Shown piece by piece: positions 17,106-28,055 of a DNA stretch of 32,000 nt. Numbering within the stretch: the stretch's first letter is position 1; each line of letters begins with the position of its first letter. Source of the DNA: Desulfuromonadales bacterium (lineage in GTDB: Bacteria > Desulfobacterota > Desulfuromonadia > Geobacterales > Pseudopelobacteraceae). Under the pieces are notes generated by a model, which was not told the DNA's origin, did no database searches, and was given only the letters and a program-made list of their open reading frames with translations. The position numbers and the translations under genes were made by a program. Location: positions 2,121-34,120 of the forward strand of contig JBAXVG010000027.1 of assembly GCA_037129255.1 (NCBI GenBank), read 5' to 3'.

Positions 17106-18046
17106 GTGAGTATCCTGCTGAGGCCGGCATTGATTTTCAGCGCGGTTTCCAGCGCCATTTTCCCATCCCTTCCGCTTACCTGGGGCGGCTTTCCCTCACG
17201 GATTGCCGCAATAAATGATTCTATTTCATTCAACAGCGCATCGGACTGTCCAAGCTCACGTTCATCAACCCTGACGTTGGGAACTCCGGGAAAGAGTTCG
17301 CCACTCCCCTTTTGCGCCACCAGCACCTTGCGGTTCTGGAAATCAAGGGTGATGTAGGCGTCACGTTGAAATATCCGCATCTTGCGCTCGCTCTTCAGAC
17401 TGATTCTGCTGGCGGTCACGTTCGCCACACAACCGTTTTCAAAAGCGATCCGGGCGTTGGCAATATCCTCTTCCCCGGTAAAAACCGGCGCTCCGACGGC
17501 ATCAATGCGATCCACCGGAGATTTGACGATGTGCTGTATCAGGTCGATGTCATGAATCATCAGATCAAGCACCACGTTTACATCTGTGCCGCGCGGCTTG
17601 AAGGGTGCGATACGGACTGATTCTATGAAAAGCGGCTGTTTCAGAACCCCTTCCAGTGCGACCAGCACCGGATTGAAACGTTCCAGATGACCAACCTGAA
17701 AGACGAGCTTTTTGTCGTCGGCGATCGATATAAGATCGTCCGCCTCCTCAACAGTTACCGTAATCGGTTTTTCGATCAGGACATGCACTCCCGCAGCGAG
17801 AAAGTCACGGGCCACTGAATGATGAAACTGGGTAGGAACGACAACACTGACCGCATCTACCTTGCCGATCAGCTCATGATGGTCACGGTAGGGAGTTGTA
17901 CCAAGCGCCGAGGCAATCTCTGCCGCCCTCGCGGAGTCGCTGTCAACCACCCCCACCAGTTCAACACCGGTAATTGCGGCATATTTCTGGGCGTGAAAGT
18001 TTCCAAGATAGCCAACTCCTATGACAGCCGCACGCAGAACGCTCAT
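17102..18046 (-). CDS. gnnA: Gfo/Idh/MocA-family NAD oxidoreductase; by context UDP-GlcNAc 3-dehydrogenase
   Basis: N-terminal Rossmann AAVIGVGYLGNFHA. I prefer the start at MSVLRAAV (ATG 18046), which forms ATGA with the lpxA stop. The track start is 18055. Confidence 0.75.
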   Translation of the reverse strand: MSVLRAAVIGVGYLGNFHAQKYAAITGVELVGVVDSDSARAAEIASALGTTPYRDHHELIGKVDAVSVVVPTQFHHSVARDFLAAGVHVLIEKPITVTVEEADDLISIADDKKLVFQVGHLERFNPVLVALEGVLKQPLFIESVRIAPFKPRGTDVNVVLDLMIHDIDLIQHIVKSPVDRIDAVGAPVFTGEEDIANARIAFENGCVANVTASRISLKSERKMRIFQRDAYITLDFQNRKVLVAQKGSGELFPGVPNVRVDERELGQSDALLNEIESFIAAIREGKPPQVSGRDGKMALETALKINAGLSRILT

Positions 18047-18825
18047 CCCCGGCAAAAACCTCGCTGTGTCGAATCAATAAAGGCCAGCAGGTAATCGACT
18101 TCCGGGCAGCTGGTGATTTCATTTTTGATACGGACGATTGCATCGGGAAGTTTCAGATCGGCCATAAACAGGATTTTATAAGCTTTTTTCAGACTGCCAA
18201 TGGTCTCTTCGGTGAAACCACGCCGTTTGAGACCGATCAGGTTGAGTCCGCGCAGTTTGGCGTCTCTTTTGCTGGGAGTTGCGATCATATAGGGCAGGAT
18301 ATCCATGCCGACCATCGTGCCGCCTCCTATCATGGCAAAAGCTCCGATGCGCGAAAACTGGTGCACGGCAACCAGACCGCCAATGATAACGTTGTCTTCG
18401 ACGGTAACATGGCCGGCCAGGGTTGCGACATTGGCCATGACCACACCGTTGCCGATCCTGCAGTCATGGGCAACGTGAGAGTATGCCATAAAGAGATTGT
18501 TGCTGCCGACGACCGTTTCGGCATGGCCGGTAACCGTTCCGCGATGAATAGTCGCAAATTCACGCACCATGTTGTTGTCACCAAGCCTGGTCCAGCACTC
18601 TTCATCCCGATATTTGAGATCCTGTGGCGGAGCTCCGACTGAAGCCTGAGGAAATATCCGGTTGTTCTCGCCGATTTCTGTCCAGTCACCGACAACAGCA
18701 TGAGCACCGACAGATGTTCCTTTGCCGATCGAGACATGTTTGCCGATAATGGCGTAAGGGCCGACCTCTACGTCTGTGGCCAGTGTGGAACTTGCATCGA
18801 TAATTGCAGTTGCGTGAACGCTCAT
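18043..18825 (-). CDS. lpxA: Acyl-ACP:UDP-GlcNAc (or UDP-GlcNAc3N) O/N-acyltransferase
   Basis: 260-aa ORF with a left-handed beta-helix of hexapeptide repeats followed by a helical C-terminal domain. It occupies the canonical fabZ-lpxA position. Confidence 0.9.
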   Translation of the reverse strand: MSVHATAIIDASSTLATDVEVGPYAIIGKHVSIGKGTSVGAHAVVGDWTEIGENNRIFPQASVGAPPQDLKYRDEECWTRLGDNNMVREFATIHRGTVTGHAETVVGSNNLFMAYSHVAHDCRIGNGVVMANVATLAGHVTVEDNVIIGGLVAVHQFSRIGAFAMIGGGTMVGMDILPYMIATPSKRDAKLRGLNLIGLKRRGFTEETIGSLKKAYKILFMADLKLPDAIVRIKNEITSCPEVDYLLAFIDSTQRGFCRG

Positions 18826-18880
18826 ACTTTGGACTCCATACCGTGCACCAGTTTATTGCCTCTGCTGATTTTTACGCCCA

Positions 18881-19324
18881 TTACGTCGCAGCATCCGCAA
18901 ATGTTGCTTTCATGGACGCCTCAGTTACGAGTTTACCCTCGACAGAGACCTTGCCGTCTACTCCCCAGATCCCGCGGCGATTGAAAGTGGTTTCTATCTC
19001 TATCCGCAACTGATCGCCAGGAAATACCGGTTTACGGAATCTGGCGCTGTCGATTGAGAGGAAGTAACTTACTTTCTTACGTGTGGCTTCATCCGAAGCC
19101 AGGTAGGCCATGATGCCGGCCACCTGGGCCATGGCCTCAACTATCAGCACACCCGGCATAACCGGATGCCCCGGAAAATGTCCCTGAAAGAAAGGTTCGT
19201 TGATTGTGACATTCTTGATACCCACACAACGCTTCCCGTGCTCCAGTTCGACGATCCGGTCCACCATCAGAAACGGGTAACGGTGTGGGAGGATTTTCAT
19301 GATATCGTTGACGTCCATCAGCAT
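18881..19324 (-). CDS. fabZ: 3-hydroxyacyl-ACP dehydratase
   Basis: 147-aa ORF with the signature FFQGHFPGHPVMPGVLIVEAMAQ. Confidence 0.93.
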   Translation of the reverse strand: MLMDVNDIMKILPHRYPFLMVDRIVELEHGKRCVGIKNVTINEPFFQGHFPGHPVMPGVLIVEAMAQVAGIMAYLASDEATRKKVSYFLSIDSARFRKPVFPGDQLRIEIETTFNRRGIWGVDGKVSVEGKLVTEASMKATFADAAT

Positions 19325-19337
19325 TGGCTATTTCTCC

Positions 19338-20387
19338 TCATAGTTTCTCGGTAAGTTTTGCTTCAAGCTCTGCGATGCGTTTTTCCAGGGAAGAAATGCT
19401 CTTCTTCAATTCCGGCAGACGAGGTATGACCGCCATGGCTCGCAGCCACTCCCTGTGCGGCATGGTCGGAGAACCGCTGTATCCGGCATTGGCGGGAAGC
19501 GAACCGGGGACGCCTGATTGAGCGCCCACCATGACATTGTCGCCGATGGTGAGATGCCCCGCAACACCGACCTGACCGGCTAAAGTGACGTGGTTACCAA
19601 GTTTGGTACTGCCTGATACTCCAACTTGAGACACAATCATACAGTCTTCACCGATCAGGCAATTATGAGCGATCTGCACCAGATTGTCGATTTTGGTTCC
19701 ACGCCTGACCAGGGTTACTTCGAGGGCCGCACGATCAATGGTGGAGTTGGCTCCGATTTCTACATCATCTTCCAGCACCACAATGCCGATCTGGGGAATA
19801 CGATAGTAGGCCTGTCCGTCGGGGGCATAGCCAAAACCATCCGATCCGACGATCGCGCCCGGCTGGATAATGCAGCGGCTGCCGACACGGCAGCGTTCGC
19901 GGATAACGGCATTGGCATGAATGACACAATCGTCACCGATAACCGCACTTTCATAGATGACAGCACCGGAATGGATAACAGAACGATCCCCTATGGTAAC
20001 ATTATTTCCGATACAGGCTCCCGGATAGATGCTGATCCCCTCACCCAGGTTAACCTGCGTACCGACAACAGCTTCCGGCAGCACCCCCAAAGGAGGATGC
20101 GGTCTTGTATAAAAGAGAGTCAGTAGCTTGGCAAAGGCAAGATAGGGGTTTGCCACCTCGATAACGTTACGGCCATAACTTTCGCCACCGGGCGCCATAA
20201 GCACCGCAGCAGCGCCGGTTTCTGCAACTTTGGCAGCATATTTGGGATTAGCCAGGAAAGTGATTTTATCAGATCCGGCCGCTTCCAGAGGGGCCAATCC
20301 ATTAACCGTGACATTTTCGTCACCCTTGACAATACCGCCCACACAGTTGGCCAGTTCTTTGAGAGTCCGGGAAAAAAGCATGGTCAC
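19338..20387 (-). CDS. lpxD: UDP-3-O-acylglucosamine N-acyltransferase
   Basis: 349-aa ORF: an N-terminal uridine-binding domain, hexapeptide repeats, and a C-terminal helix ([15 protein letters not shown]). Confidence 0.9.
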   Translation of the reverse strand: MTMLFSRTLKELANCVGGIVKGDENVTVNGLAPLEAAGSDKITFLANPKYAAKVAETGAAAVLMAPGGESYGRNVIEVANPYLAFAKLLTLFYTRPHPPLGVLPEAVVGTQVNLGEGISIYPGACIGNNVTIGDRSVIHSGAVIYESAVIGDDCVIHANAVIRERCRVGSRCIIQPGAIVGSDGFGYAPDGQAYYRIPQIGIVVLEDDVEIGANSTIDRAALEVTLVRRGTKIDNLVQIAHNCLIGEDCMIVSQVGVSGSTKLGNHVTLAGQVGVAGHLTIGDNVMVGAQSGVPGSLPANAGYSGSPTMPHREWLRAMAVIPRLPELKKSISSLEKRIAELEAKLTEKL

Positions 20388-20899
20388 TTCTTTCTGCCGG
20401 CGTTGAAAAGCTTCAGAACTTCTTCTGTCAAGTCAGTTTTTTCATCCACAAACAGCATACTTTCATTCCTGACAAAGATGAATGTATAACCATTCTTGCG
20501 ACCGAACTCCTGAATGATTTTTTCCATTTCCGCCAGAATTTTGCGGGTGAACTCTTCGTCCTTGCCCTGCAGTTCATCCTGGGCATCCTTGGTAAAGCGC
20601 TGAAAGTCTTTAAGCTTGTTCTGATAATCCTTTTCCTTGCCAGCACGGGCAGAATCGGATAAGAGCATCCCCTGCTTTTCCAGTTCATCTTTCAGCTTCT
20701 TGAGTTCCTCCTGCTTGACGTTGATCTCGTCCTGGTATTTTTTAACTCTGGCTGCCAGCTGTTCCTTGGCATCTTTGCCGGCTTCAGATCCGTTGAGTGC
20801 CCGTTGCATGTCGATGTAGCCGAGTTTCACATCTGCAGCAAACACAGACGTGGAAATCATAACTGCCGATACAATACCTGCCAGAAAAAACTGTTTCAT
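20384..20899 (-). CDS. skp: OmpH/Skp periplasmic chaperone
   Basis: 171-aa ORF with a signal peptide (…TSVFAADV) followed by a Lys/Glu-rich coiled coil. It lies between bamA and lpxD. Confidence 0.85.
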   Translation of the reverse strand: MKQFFLAGIVSAVMISTSVFAADVKLGYIDMQRALNGSEAGKDAKEQLAARVKKYQDEINVKQEELKKLKDELEKQGMLLSDSARAGKEKDYQNKLKDFQRFTKDAQDELQGKDEEFTRKILAEMEKIIQEFGRKNGYTFIFVRNESMLFVDEKTDLTEEVLKLFNAGRKK

Positions 20900-20958
20900 G
20901 AATCAATCTCCTTTGATGGTGTGGGCGGTTATGCCCTTAAAAATAATGTTTGTATGGG

Positions 20959-23280
20959 TTAAAACAGGCTGCCCATAGAAAACTCAAATCTGCCGCTTTT
21001 ACTATCGATCTGGCCACGAGGATTAATGGGTATGCCATACTCAAGCCTCAGCGGCCCAAGTGGAGAGGCCCAGCGAAATCCGGCACCATAGCTCATCAGC
21101 ATGGTTTTAATCAGCGTGTTGTTGTCGACGAAAGAGTTGCCGTAGTCAAAGAAAAGAACACCTTTGACGCCTACGTCCTGTAATATCGGGAACGTAAAAT
21201 CCGTACTGCCGAATACCTCCTTGTCACCGCCCAGGTAAACCATCGAACTGGACTGATTACCGTTTATATCCTTGGTCAGTTGGGTACTGTAAGGGGAAAC
21301 GGTTCTGGCCTTGTATCCACGAAGTGAAAAAATACCGCCCAGATAGAACTTCTCATCTATCGGTACCCGCTGACCGACTTCCTGAACATATCCAAGCGAC
21401 AGCTTGGTGGAAAAAATAAGTTTTTTGTAGATCGGATGGAACCAGTTGTGATCAGTGGTAAAGCGGGCAAATTTGTTGTCCCCGCCCAGTCCGGCAAATT
21501 CGATCGCGAACGAGTTGATCATGCCGGTACTGGGATCCAGGCGATAGTCAGTTACATTTCTGGTGATGCTGCCAACAATTGAGCTGGTCGTGGTAGTGTC
21601 AAGCGGATAATTGTCTTTGTCCAGGTAATTCAGGATCTGGTAGGCTGAACTGGGATGATAGATATCCTTGATTTCGTATTTATACATGAAGAAAACACCG
21701 ACAAAGTCGTTGATCGGAAAACCGGCTTTTAAATCACCGCCCATCAGGCGGCGACTGTAATCGATGTAATCACGCTCCGAGCGATAAATATCGGCGCCCA
21801 GCGTCCATTTGGTATCAAGAAAATGGGGGTCGGTCACGCCAACGGAATATGTTTGGGATTTACCACCGATTGAGGCAGAAACATTCGCCTTAAGACCCAA
21901 ACCGAGAAAATTGGCCTGCTGCACAGAACCCTGGCCAATCAAACCATCCAGAGAACTGTATCCGCCACCGATGCTGAAGGAGCCGGTCGGCTTCTCCTTG
22001 ACATCAACATTCACATTAAGCTTATTGCTGGCACTCCCCTTGGCGGTGGCAATATTTGCCTCTTCGAAATAGCCAAGGTTCATCAGGTTCTGCTTGCTCC
22101 GTTTCATACCGGTAGCACTGTACAGCTCAGTTTCCGTTACACGCATTTCTCTGCGGATTACCTTGTCACGTGTTTTTGGGTTTCCGGCGATATTGATGCG
22201 CTCAATGTTCACCAGTTCGCCTTTTTCCATGTCGAAGGTCATGTCTATGATTCTTTTAACATTGTCAACGCGAGTCAGGGGATTCACATTGGCAAAGGCA
22301 TACCCTTTGTCGGCATATACGTCAGTCAGTGTGGCTATATCCGTGCGAAGAATTGACTTGTTAAAAATTTCGCCCGATTCACTCTTCAATTTTTTACGAA
22401 GTTCTGTCGCCGGGTCAAGAAGATCTCCCTTGAATCCTATCTCGCCAATCCGGTACTGGTCACCCTCGGTAATACCAATGAAAACAGCCAGCGCCGTATT
22501 GGAGTCGTTAAGCTTGACCAGCGGTTCTCCAACCTTGATATTGATGTAGCCGTTATTGAGGTAAAAGTCCGTGATCAGCAGGGCATCGTTTTTGAGAACA
22601 TCTTCCTTGTAGGTACCGGCTCCGGTCAGCCAGGACAAGAACCACTTTTCCTTGGTCTCCATGATTCCGCGAAGTTTACGATTACTGAACGCTTTGTTGC
22701 CGTCAAAACGGATATCGGTGATAAGGACTTTTTGCCCCTCAATGATCCGGAAGGTAACAGTGAGATCTGTAGCAGAGCTATTTTCTATCTGCGGTGCTAT
22801 TTCCGCCAGGTAAAAGCCGTCATCGCCATACAGCTTTTTCATTTTTGCAATACTCTTGTCAATATCCTTGGATGAGAAAATTGTGTTCTGACGCAACTCA
22901 AGCGCTTCCTTTAATTTATCGGTTGTAATTTCCTTGTTGCCCTCAAATTTAATATCCCGGACAATCGGTTTTTCAGTCACAGTATAAATCAGGATGGTTC
23001 CCTTGTCCGACTGTTCTACCGAGGCCTGGACGTCCTGGAAATATCCCAGCTTGTAAATTGCCCGGATATCGGCATCGGTCCTGTCACTGTACAGCGTGTC
23101 GCCAGCCCTGAACTGAACCACATTCAAGATGGCGGCTGACTCAATACGCCGATTTCCCTGAACCTGAATTTCAAGCAGTTTTTCACCTTCGGCACGGGCC
23201 GTTGAAGCATACACGACTGCAGCAAGAGACAATATCAGAAAGGCTTTTATAAATATGATCACGTTTCCTCCGGATATCAT
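20959..23280 (-). CDS. bamA: Outer membrane protein assembly factor BamA
   Basis: 773-aa ORF with a signal peptide, repeated POTRA-like segments, and a C-terminal beta-barrel ending in FEFSMGSLF (terminal Phe). Confidence 0.92.
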   Translation of the reverse strand: MISGGNVIIFIKAFLILSLAAVVYASTARAEGEKLLEIQVQGNRRIESAAILNVVQFRAGDTLYSDRTDADIRAIYKLGYFQDVQASVEQSDKGTILIYTVTEKPIVRDIKFEGNKEITTDKLKEALELRQNTIFSSKDIDKSIAKMKKLYGDDGFYLAEIAPQIENSSATDLTVTFRIIEGQKVLITDIRFDGNKAFSNRKLRGIMETKEKWFLSWLTGAGTYKEDVLKNDALLITDFYLNNGYINIKVGEPLVKLNDSNTALAVFIGITEGDQYRIGEIGFKGDLLDPATELRKKLKSESGEIFNKSILRTDIATLTDVYADKGYAFANVNPLTRVDNVKRIIDMTFDMEKGELVNIERINIAGNPKTRDKVIRREMRVTETELYSATGMKRSKQNLMNLGYFEEANIATAKGSASNKLNVNVDVKEKPTGSFSIGGGYSSLDGLIGQGSVQQANFLGLGLKANVSASIGGKSQTYSVGVTDPHFLDTKWTLGADIYRSERDYIDYSRRLMGGDLKAGFPINDFVGVFFMYKYEIKDIYHPSSAYQILNYLDKDNYPLDTTTTSSIVGSITRNVTDYRLDPSTGMINSFAIEFAGLGGDNKFARFTTDHNWFHPIYKKLIFSTKLSLGYVQEVGQRVPIDEKFYLGGIFSLRGYKARTVSPYSTQLTKDINGNQSSSMVYLGGDKEVFGSTDFTFPILQDVGVKGVLFFDYGNSFVDNNTLIKTMLMSYGAGFRWASPLGPLRLEYGIPINPRGQIDSKSGRFEFSMGSLF

Positions 23281-23957
23281 GCGGTTTTTTCCAACATTCC
23301 ATCGACAAGTCTGACAGTTGTCCCCATGGCGGATGCCAGGCGTTCGTTGTGCGTAACAATAACCAGAGTCAGCCCGTTTTTATGCTGTAATTCGGCCAGC
23401 ATGGCGTGTACTCCATCACTGGTTTTCATATCGAGGTTGCCGGTCGGCTCATCAGCCAGCAGAATCTCCGGTCCCAGCGCAAGGGCCCTGGCGATGGCTA
23501 CACGCTGTTGTTCGCCACCTGAAAGCTCTCCCGGGCGATGTGTCATCCGCTGCCCCAACCCCACGTCGGTCAGCAGTTCTTCCGCTGTGGCACGTGCCTT
23601 ATCTTTCGTCATCCTTGCAATTAAGGCCGGCATCATAACATTTTCAAGTGCGGTAAACTCGGGCAATAAATGGTGAAACTGAAAGACGAATCCGACGTTT
23701 CTGTTACGAAAAACAGCCAGTTCACCATCATTTTTTTTAAAAATGTCCTCGCCATTAAAGCAGACCGTTCCGGAGGTCGGACGGTCCAGTGCCCCCAAAA
23801 GATGCATAAGTGTGCTTTTACCGGCTCCGGATGCTCCAACCAGCGCGGTGGTTGTGCCGGCATCCAGTTCAAGGTCAATCCCCTTCAGAACTTCCACCCG
23901 GTTAGGGCCGGTCATGTATGTTTTGCGAAGGGCACGCACCTCGAGCAGCCTACTCAT
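23277..23957 (-). CDS. lolD: Lipoprotein-releasing system ATP-binding protein
   Basis: Walker [10 protein letters not shown], signature [15 protein letters not shown], Walker [12 protein letters not shown]. It lies adjacent to a LolC/E-type permease. Confidence 0.88.
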   Translation of the reverse strand: MSRLLEVRALRKTYMTGPNRVEVLKGIDLELDAGTTTALVGASGAGKSTLMHLLGALDRPTSGTVCFNGEDIFKKNDGELAVFRNRNVGFVFQFHHLLPEFTALENVMMPALIARMTKDKARATAEELLTDVGLGQRMTHRPGELSGGEQQRVAIARALALGPEILLADEPTGNLDMKTSDGVHAMLAELQHKNGLTLVIVTHNERLASAMGTTVRLVDGMLEKTA

Positions 23958-25212
23958 ATCGTAAAGCCTCCGCCGGAAGCATGCGGGACGCCTGCCAGGA
24001 CGGGTACAGAGTGGCGATGAACGAGATCAGAACAGCAGTGACAGAAATCAGAACCACATCGGACGGTACCACCAGAGAGGGGAAGTGGTCCAGATAGTAG
24101 ATATCCTTACTGAAAAAGTTCTGACCCGTGATCTTCTGGATGACGTTGATAATTGACTCCAGATTGAGAGCAACCAGCAGTCCGGAGGCGACACCCAGAA
24201 TTGTGCCGATGACACCTATTATCAACCCTTCCAGCACAAAAATTTTCATAATGCTGCCACCGGTGGCGCCCATCGACTTGAGGATGGCAATATCTCGTGT
24301 CTTTTCCATCACTACCATGAATAGGGTCGATGCGATTCCAAAGGCAGCGACCAGAACGATCAGGGTCAAGATGATAAACATGACGATTTTCTCGGTCTTG
24401 AGGGCAAAAAGGATATTCCTGTTCATCTGCATCCAGTCACGGGCGTAGAACTTCGCCCCCAACTCACGATTGATGGTGCGGGCCAGTTCGCCGGTGTGAT
24501 AAACATCGTTCACCTTGAGTTGAATGCCGGTAACCGTGTCCCCCAGATCAAAGAAACTCTGGGCCTGGCCAAGGCTCACATAGGCAAGGGTTGAATCATA
24601 CTCGAACATACCGGTATTGAAGATACCGGCCACCTTGAAAGACTTCATTCTCGGCATCATCCCGAGCGGTGTAATATTGCCCATCGGAGATATCACGTTG
24701 ACCTTGTCACCTACGAACAGATTAAGATGCTTGGCCAACTCTTTTCCGACCAGCAGACCGGGGGTGGCATCCGCGCCCCGGCTCATGTCGGGATCAAGAC
24801 GGGCAATGCTCCCCTCGACAATCGACTTGCTGAGCCGCGTCACTTGCCGGTCGGTGGCAATGTCAATGCCTCGCAGAACCACGCCGGAAACATTCTTGCC
24901 GGAAGATAGCATGACTTGATTATAAATAAAAGGGGTAGCCGCCTGCACCCCTTTAAACTCTTTTAACTTATCCATGAGCTGCCGGTAGTTCTCCATCTGT
25001 GAACCGCTGCGGATGACAACCAGATGGGCATTGGTGCCGAGGATTTTTTCTTTCAGATCGGACTCGAAACCGGTCATAACCGCCAGTACGACGATCAGCG
25101 CCATGACTCCCAGGACCACTCCGGCAGTTGAGATAAAGGTAATGATCGATATGAAGGTCGATTTGCGCTTGGCTTTGAGGTAGCGCAGTCCAATAATGAG
25201 TTCAAAAGGCAT
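23950..25212 (-). CDS. Lipoprotein-releasing ABC permease, LolC/LolE family (MacB/FtsX-type)
   Basis: 420-aa ORF with N-terminus [15 protein letters not shown], a large periplasmic loop and three C-terminal TM segments. Confidence 0.85.
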   Translation of the reverse strand: MPFELIIGLRYLKAKRKSTFISIITFISTAGVVLGVMALIVVLAVMTGFESDLKEKILGTNAHLVVIRSGSQMENYRQLMDKLKEFKGVQAATPFIYNQVMLSSGKNVSGVVLRGIDIATDRQVTRLSKSIVEGSIARLDPDMSRGADATPGLLVGKELAKHLNLFVGDKVNVISPMGNITPLGMMPRMKSFKVAGIFNTGMFEYDSTLAYVSLGQAQSFFDLGDTVTGIQLKVNDVYHTGELARTINRELGAKFYARDWMQMNRNILFALKTEKIVMFIILTLIVLVAAFGIASTLFMVVMEKTRDIAILKSMGATGGSIMKIFVLEGLIIGVIGTILGVASGLLVALNLESIINVIQKITGQNFFSKDIYYLDHFPSLVVPSDVVLISVTAVLISFIATLYPSWQASRMLPAEALRYE

Positions 25213-25215
25213 CCG

Positions 25216-26715
25216 TTATTTCGTTTCTTTGCGGAGTTGCGGAAAAAGTATGACATCGCGGATCGAGGGCGAGTCGGTCAGAAGCATTACCAACCGATCT
25301 ATGCCGATCCCTTCTCCGGCTGTGGGAGGCAACCCGTACTCAAGAGCGCGAACGTAGTCCTCGTCCATGTAATGCGCTTCCTCGTCCCCTTTGTCTTTTT
25401 CAGCGACCTGAGCAAGGAATCGCTCCTTCTGGTCGACAGGGTCATTCAATTCGGAGAAGGCATTGGCGATCTCACGACCGGCGATGATCAATTCAAAACG
25501 GTCAACGATAGCAGGATCAATGTCGTTCTTACGTGACAGCGGTGACACTTCGGTCGGATAGGCCGTGATAAAGGTCGGCTGAATCAGCTTATGCTCGGCG
25601 ACTTCCTCGAAGATTTCCATCAACAGCTTGCCATAGCCGATCTTGTCCGGAAGAGCGAGTCCGATACTTTGTGCATAGGCCAGGGCCATGTCTCGATCAT
25701 CCAGTTGTTTGGCGTCAATGTCGCCATACTCCAGAATTGCATCCCGCACAGTCAGGCGCTTCCAGGGGCGCTGAAAACTTATCTGAAGACCCTGGTTGGA
25801 AAATTCGAGCGTACCAAGCACCTCTTGAGCGACATGACAGAACAGCTCTTCAGTAAAATCCATCAGATCCTCATAAGTGGCATAGGCCTGATAGAATTCC
25901 ATCATGGTGAACTCGGGGTTGTGACGTACCGAAATTCCTTCGTTGCGAAAGTTGCGGTTGATTTCGAAAACCCGCTCAAGCCCGCCGACCACAAGGCGTT
26001 TCAGATACAGTTCAGGAGCAATACGCAAATACAGCTGCATGTCCAGAGCGTTGTGATGTGTTACAAACGGCCGTGCCGTCGCCCCACCCGGTATCTGCTG
26101 CATCATGGGGGTCTCAACCTCGAGAAAATCACGGTCAGCCATGAAGGTGCGGATCAGGTTTACGATGCGCGAGCGTTTGATGAATATCTCGCGGACTTCA
26201 GGGTTGACGATCAGGTCAACATAACGTTGGCGGTAGCGGGTCTCAACATCGGTCAACCCATGAAATTTTTCCGGCAGCGGGAGCAGAGATTTTACAAGCA
26301 GATGGATCGAACGGGCATGCAGTGAGAGTTCACCGGTTTTGGTGCGGAACGGATATCCCTGCGTACCGACAATATCACCGATATCAAATGTCTCGAACGA
26401 GGCAAAGGCATCCTCGCCGATCTCGTCCTTCTTGACATAAATCTGAATGCGCCCTTTGCGATCCTGGAGCTGTATAAAGGCGGCTTTGCCAAAGGAGCGA
26501 CGTGCCAGAATGCGTCCGGCCACAGAAATCGTATCCTCTGTTGCATCAATCTGCTCCACATTGCCATATGCGGCCAGAATGTCAGCCGATGTATGCTGTG
26601 GTTTAAAATCATTCGGGTAGGGATTGACACCCGCTTCCCAAAGCGCATCAACCTTGCGGCGGCGCTGGAGCAGGAGCTCGCTAAGTTCTTCCATAGGTAG
26701 TGGCAGGCCTTTCAT
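25216..26715 (-). CDS. lysS: Lysine--tRNA ligase, class II
   Basis: 499-aa ORF with NRNFRNEGISVRHNPEFTMMEFY (motif 2 region) and GEGIGIDRLVMLLT (motif 3 region). The start could instead be MEELSELL (26694). Confidence 0.93.
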   Translation of the reverse strand: MKGLPLPMEELSELLLQRRRKVDALWEAGVNPYPNDFKPQHTSADILAAYGNVEQIDATEDTISVAGRILARRSFGKAAFIQLQDRKGRIQIYVKKDEIGEDAFASFETFDIGDIVGTQGYPFRTKTGELSLHARSIHLLVKSLLPLPEKFHGLTDVETRYRQRYVDLIVNPEVREIFIKRSRIVNLIRTFMADRDFLEVETPMMQQIPGGATARPFVTHHNALDMQLYLRIAPELYLKRLVVGGLERVFEINRNFRNEGISVRHNPEFTMMEFYQAYATYEDLMDFTEELFCHVAQEVLGTLEFSNQGLQISFQRPWKRLTVRDAILEYGDIDAKQLDDRDMALAYAQSIGLALPDKIGYGKLLMEIFEEVAEHKLIQPTFITAYPTEVSPLSRKNDIDPAIVDRFELIIAGREIANAFSELNDPVDQKERFLAQVAEKDKGDEEAHYMDEDYVRALEYGLPPTAGEGIGIDRLVMLLTDSPSIRDVILFPQLRKETK

Positions 26716-26771
26716 GTATAAGAGCTGAAATCAGCTGGTAATGGTATTGATAACGTTCCGGGTGAATCCGG

Positions 26772-27953
26772 TCACTGCATTTTCCGGATGGTGTTATTTC
26801 CGCTGTCAACGATATAGAGAGCGGCCCCATCAGTCGTGATGCCGATGGGAGTGTCAAATGTCGCAGCAGCTCCAATCGCATCATTGTGCCCGGCAGTTCC
26901 GGCAGTACCGGCAATCGTAGTAACGGCTCCGCTGGATATTACTATCCTGCGGATGGTATTTTTGTAGGAGTCGGTCACATAGAGGCTCGTGCCATCAGTG
27001 GTAATGCCGTTCGGCTGATAAAATTGAGCAGTCGCCCCGGTACCGTCTGTAGAGTCAATAGTCCCTGAATCGGATCCAAGCGGTCCAGCTTTGCCGGCAA
27101 TTGTGGAAACGGCTCCGGTGGCAATGGCTATCCTGCGGACAGTCCTGTTGCCGAAATCAGTGACGAACAGGCTTGAGCCATCCGTAGTAATGCGTGCAGG
27201 CAGATTGAAACGCGCTTCCGTCCTGGTCCCGTCCACAGTACCGGCTGATCCGGAAATGCCGGAAAGGGTGGAAACAGCTCTGGTGGCAATTACGATCCTG
27301 CGGATCGTCTGGTTGCCGGAGTCGGCGACATAGAGATTCACCCCATCCGTAGTTATTCCGGTAGGGTTGTTAAATCTCGCATATGTTTTGTCAGCAGTGC
27401 TTGCCGGGGGAAATAACGTGGTGTCCACCGAACCGGCACTGCCGGAAGTACTGCCTATCGTAGTCACTTTTCTACTCGCAATATCGATAAAACGGATCGT
27501 GTTGGTGCCGGAATCAACCACGTAAAGATTCTTGCCATCCGTTGTGATACCTGTCGGTCGATAAAAGCCTATGGCAGCCCCGCTGTCGGCGTCGGTACAT
27601 GCCAGTGTCGTAACGACACCGGAAGCATCCATTTTCCGGATAACGTTATTCAGATAGTCAGTTATGTAGAAATTCGTGCCATCTGTTGTTATGTCAGTGG
27701 GATGATAAAACTTTGACGCATTTCCGCTGCCATCAGCCAAGGCAGTTATTCCGACAGAACCCGCAAGCGTGGCCACTGATTTGGACAGTACCAGAGCTGT
27801 CCCCTGAACAGCCCCGCCCATATGCGAATTCGCCGGGGCGAGGGTGGGCGGCGTGTCATAGATGGCATCAGCAGCCGAAGTTGACTTGTTGCCACAACCT
27901 GAGCCTGCCACCGTAACAAGCAAGGAACATAAAACTGTTACAAACTTCTGCAT
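26772..27953 (-). CDS. Six-bladed NHL-repeat beta-propeller protein, secreted or possible lipoprotein
   Basis: Six copies of F(Y/N)xPxGITTDGxxLYVxDSGNxTIRRI. I prefer the start at MQKFVTVL (ATG 27953, GGGAGG plus 6 nt upstream). The signal peptide ends in AGSGC, a weak lipobox. Confidence 0.8.
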   Translation of the reverse strand: MQKFVTVLCSLLVTVAGSGCGNKSTSAADAIYDTPPTLAPANSHMGGAVQGTALVLSKSVATLAGSVGITALADGSGNASKFYHPTDITTDGTNFYITDYLNNVIRKMDASGVVTTLACTDADSGAAIGFYRPTGITTDGKNLYVVDSGTNTIRFIDIASRKVTTIGSTSGSAGSVDTTLFPPASTADKTYARFNNPTGITTDGVNLYVADSGNQTIRRIVIATRAVSTLSGISGSAGTVDGTRTEARFNLPARITTDGSSLFVTDFGNRTVRRIAIATGAVSTIAGKAGPLGSDSGTIDSTDGTGATAQFYQPNGITTDGTSLYVTDSYKNTIRRIVISSGAVTTIAGTAGTAGHNDAIGAAATFDTPIGITTDGAALYIVDSGNNTIRKMQ

Positions 27954-28055
27954 TGAAACCTCCCTGCGAAAATACATTTACCGTATTCCGGATACGTGGA
28001 GAATGGATATGTGAATTATGGCCAGAATGATTTTCTTTGGCGCCTCACACAGAAA

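Noticed and set aside
25591-26325. 244-aa (+) ORF
   Set aside because: It is antisense to lysS, which carries class II synthetase motifs.
27982-27996. Hairpin CGTAT-TCCGG-ATACG between rne and the NHL gene as the rne terminator
   Set aside because: The stem is only 5 bp and AT-rich, and no proper U-tract follows on the minus strand.
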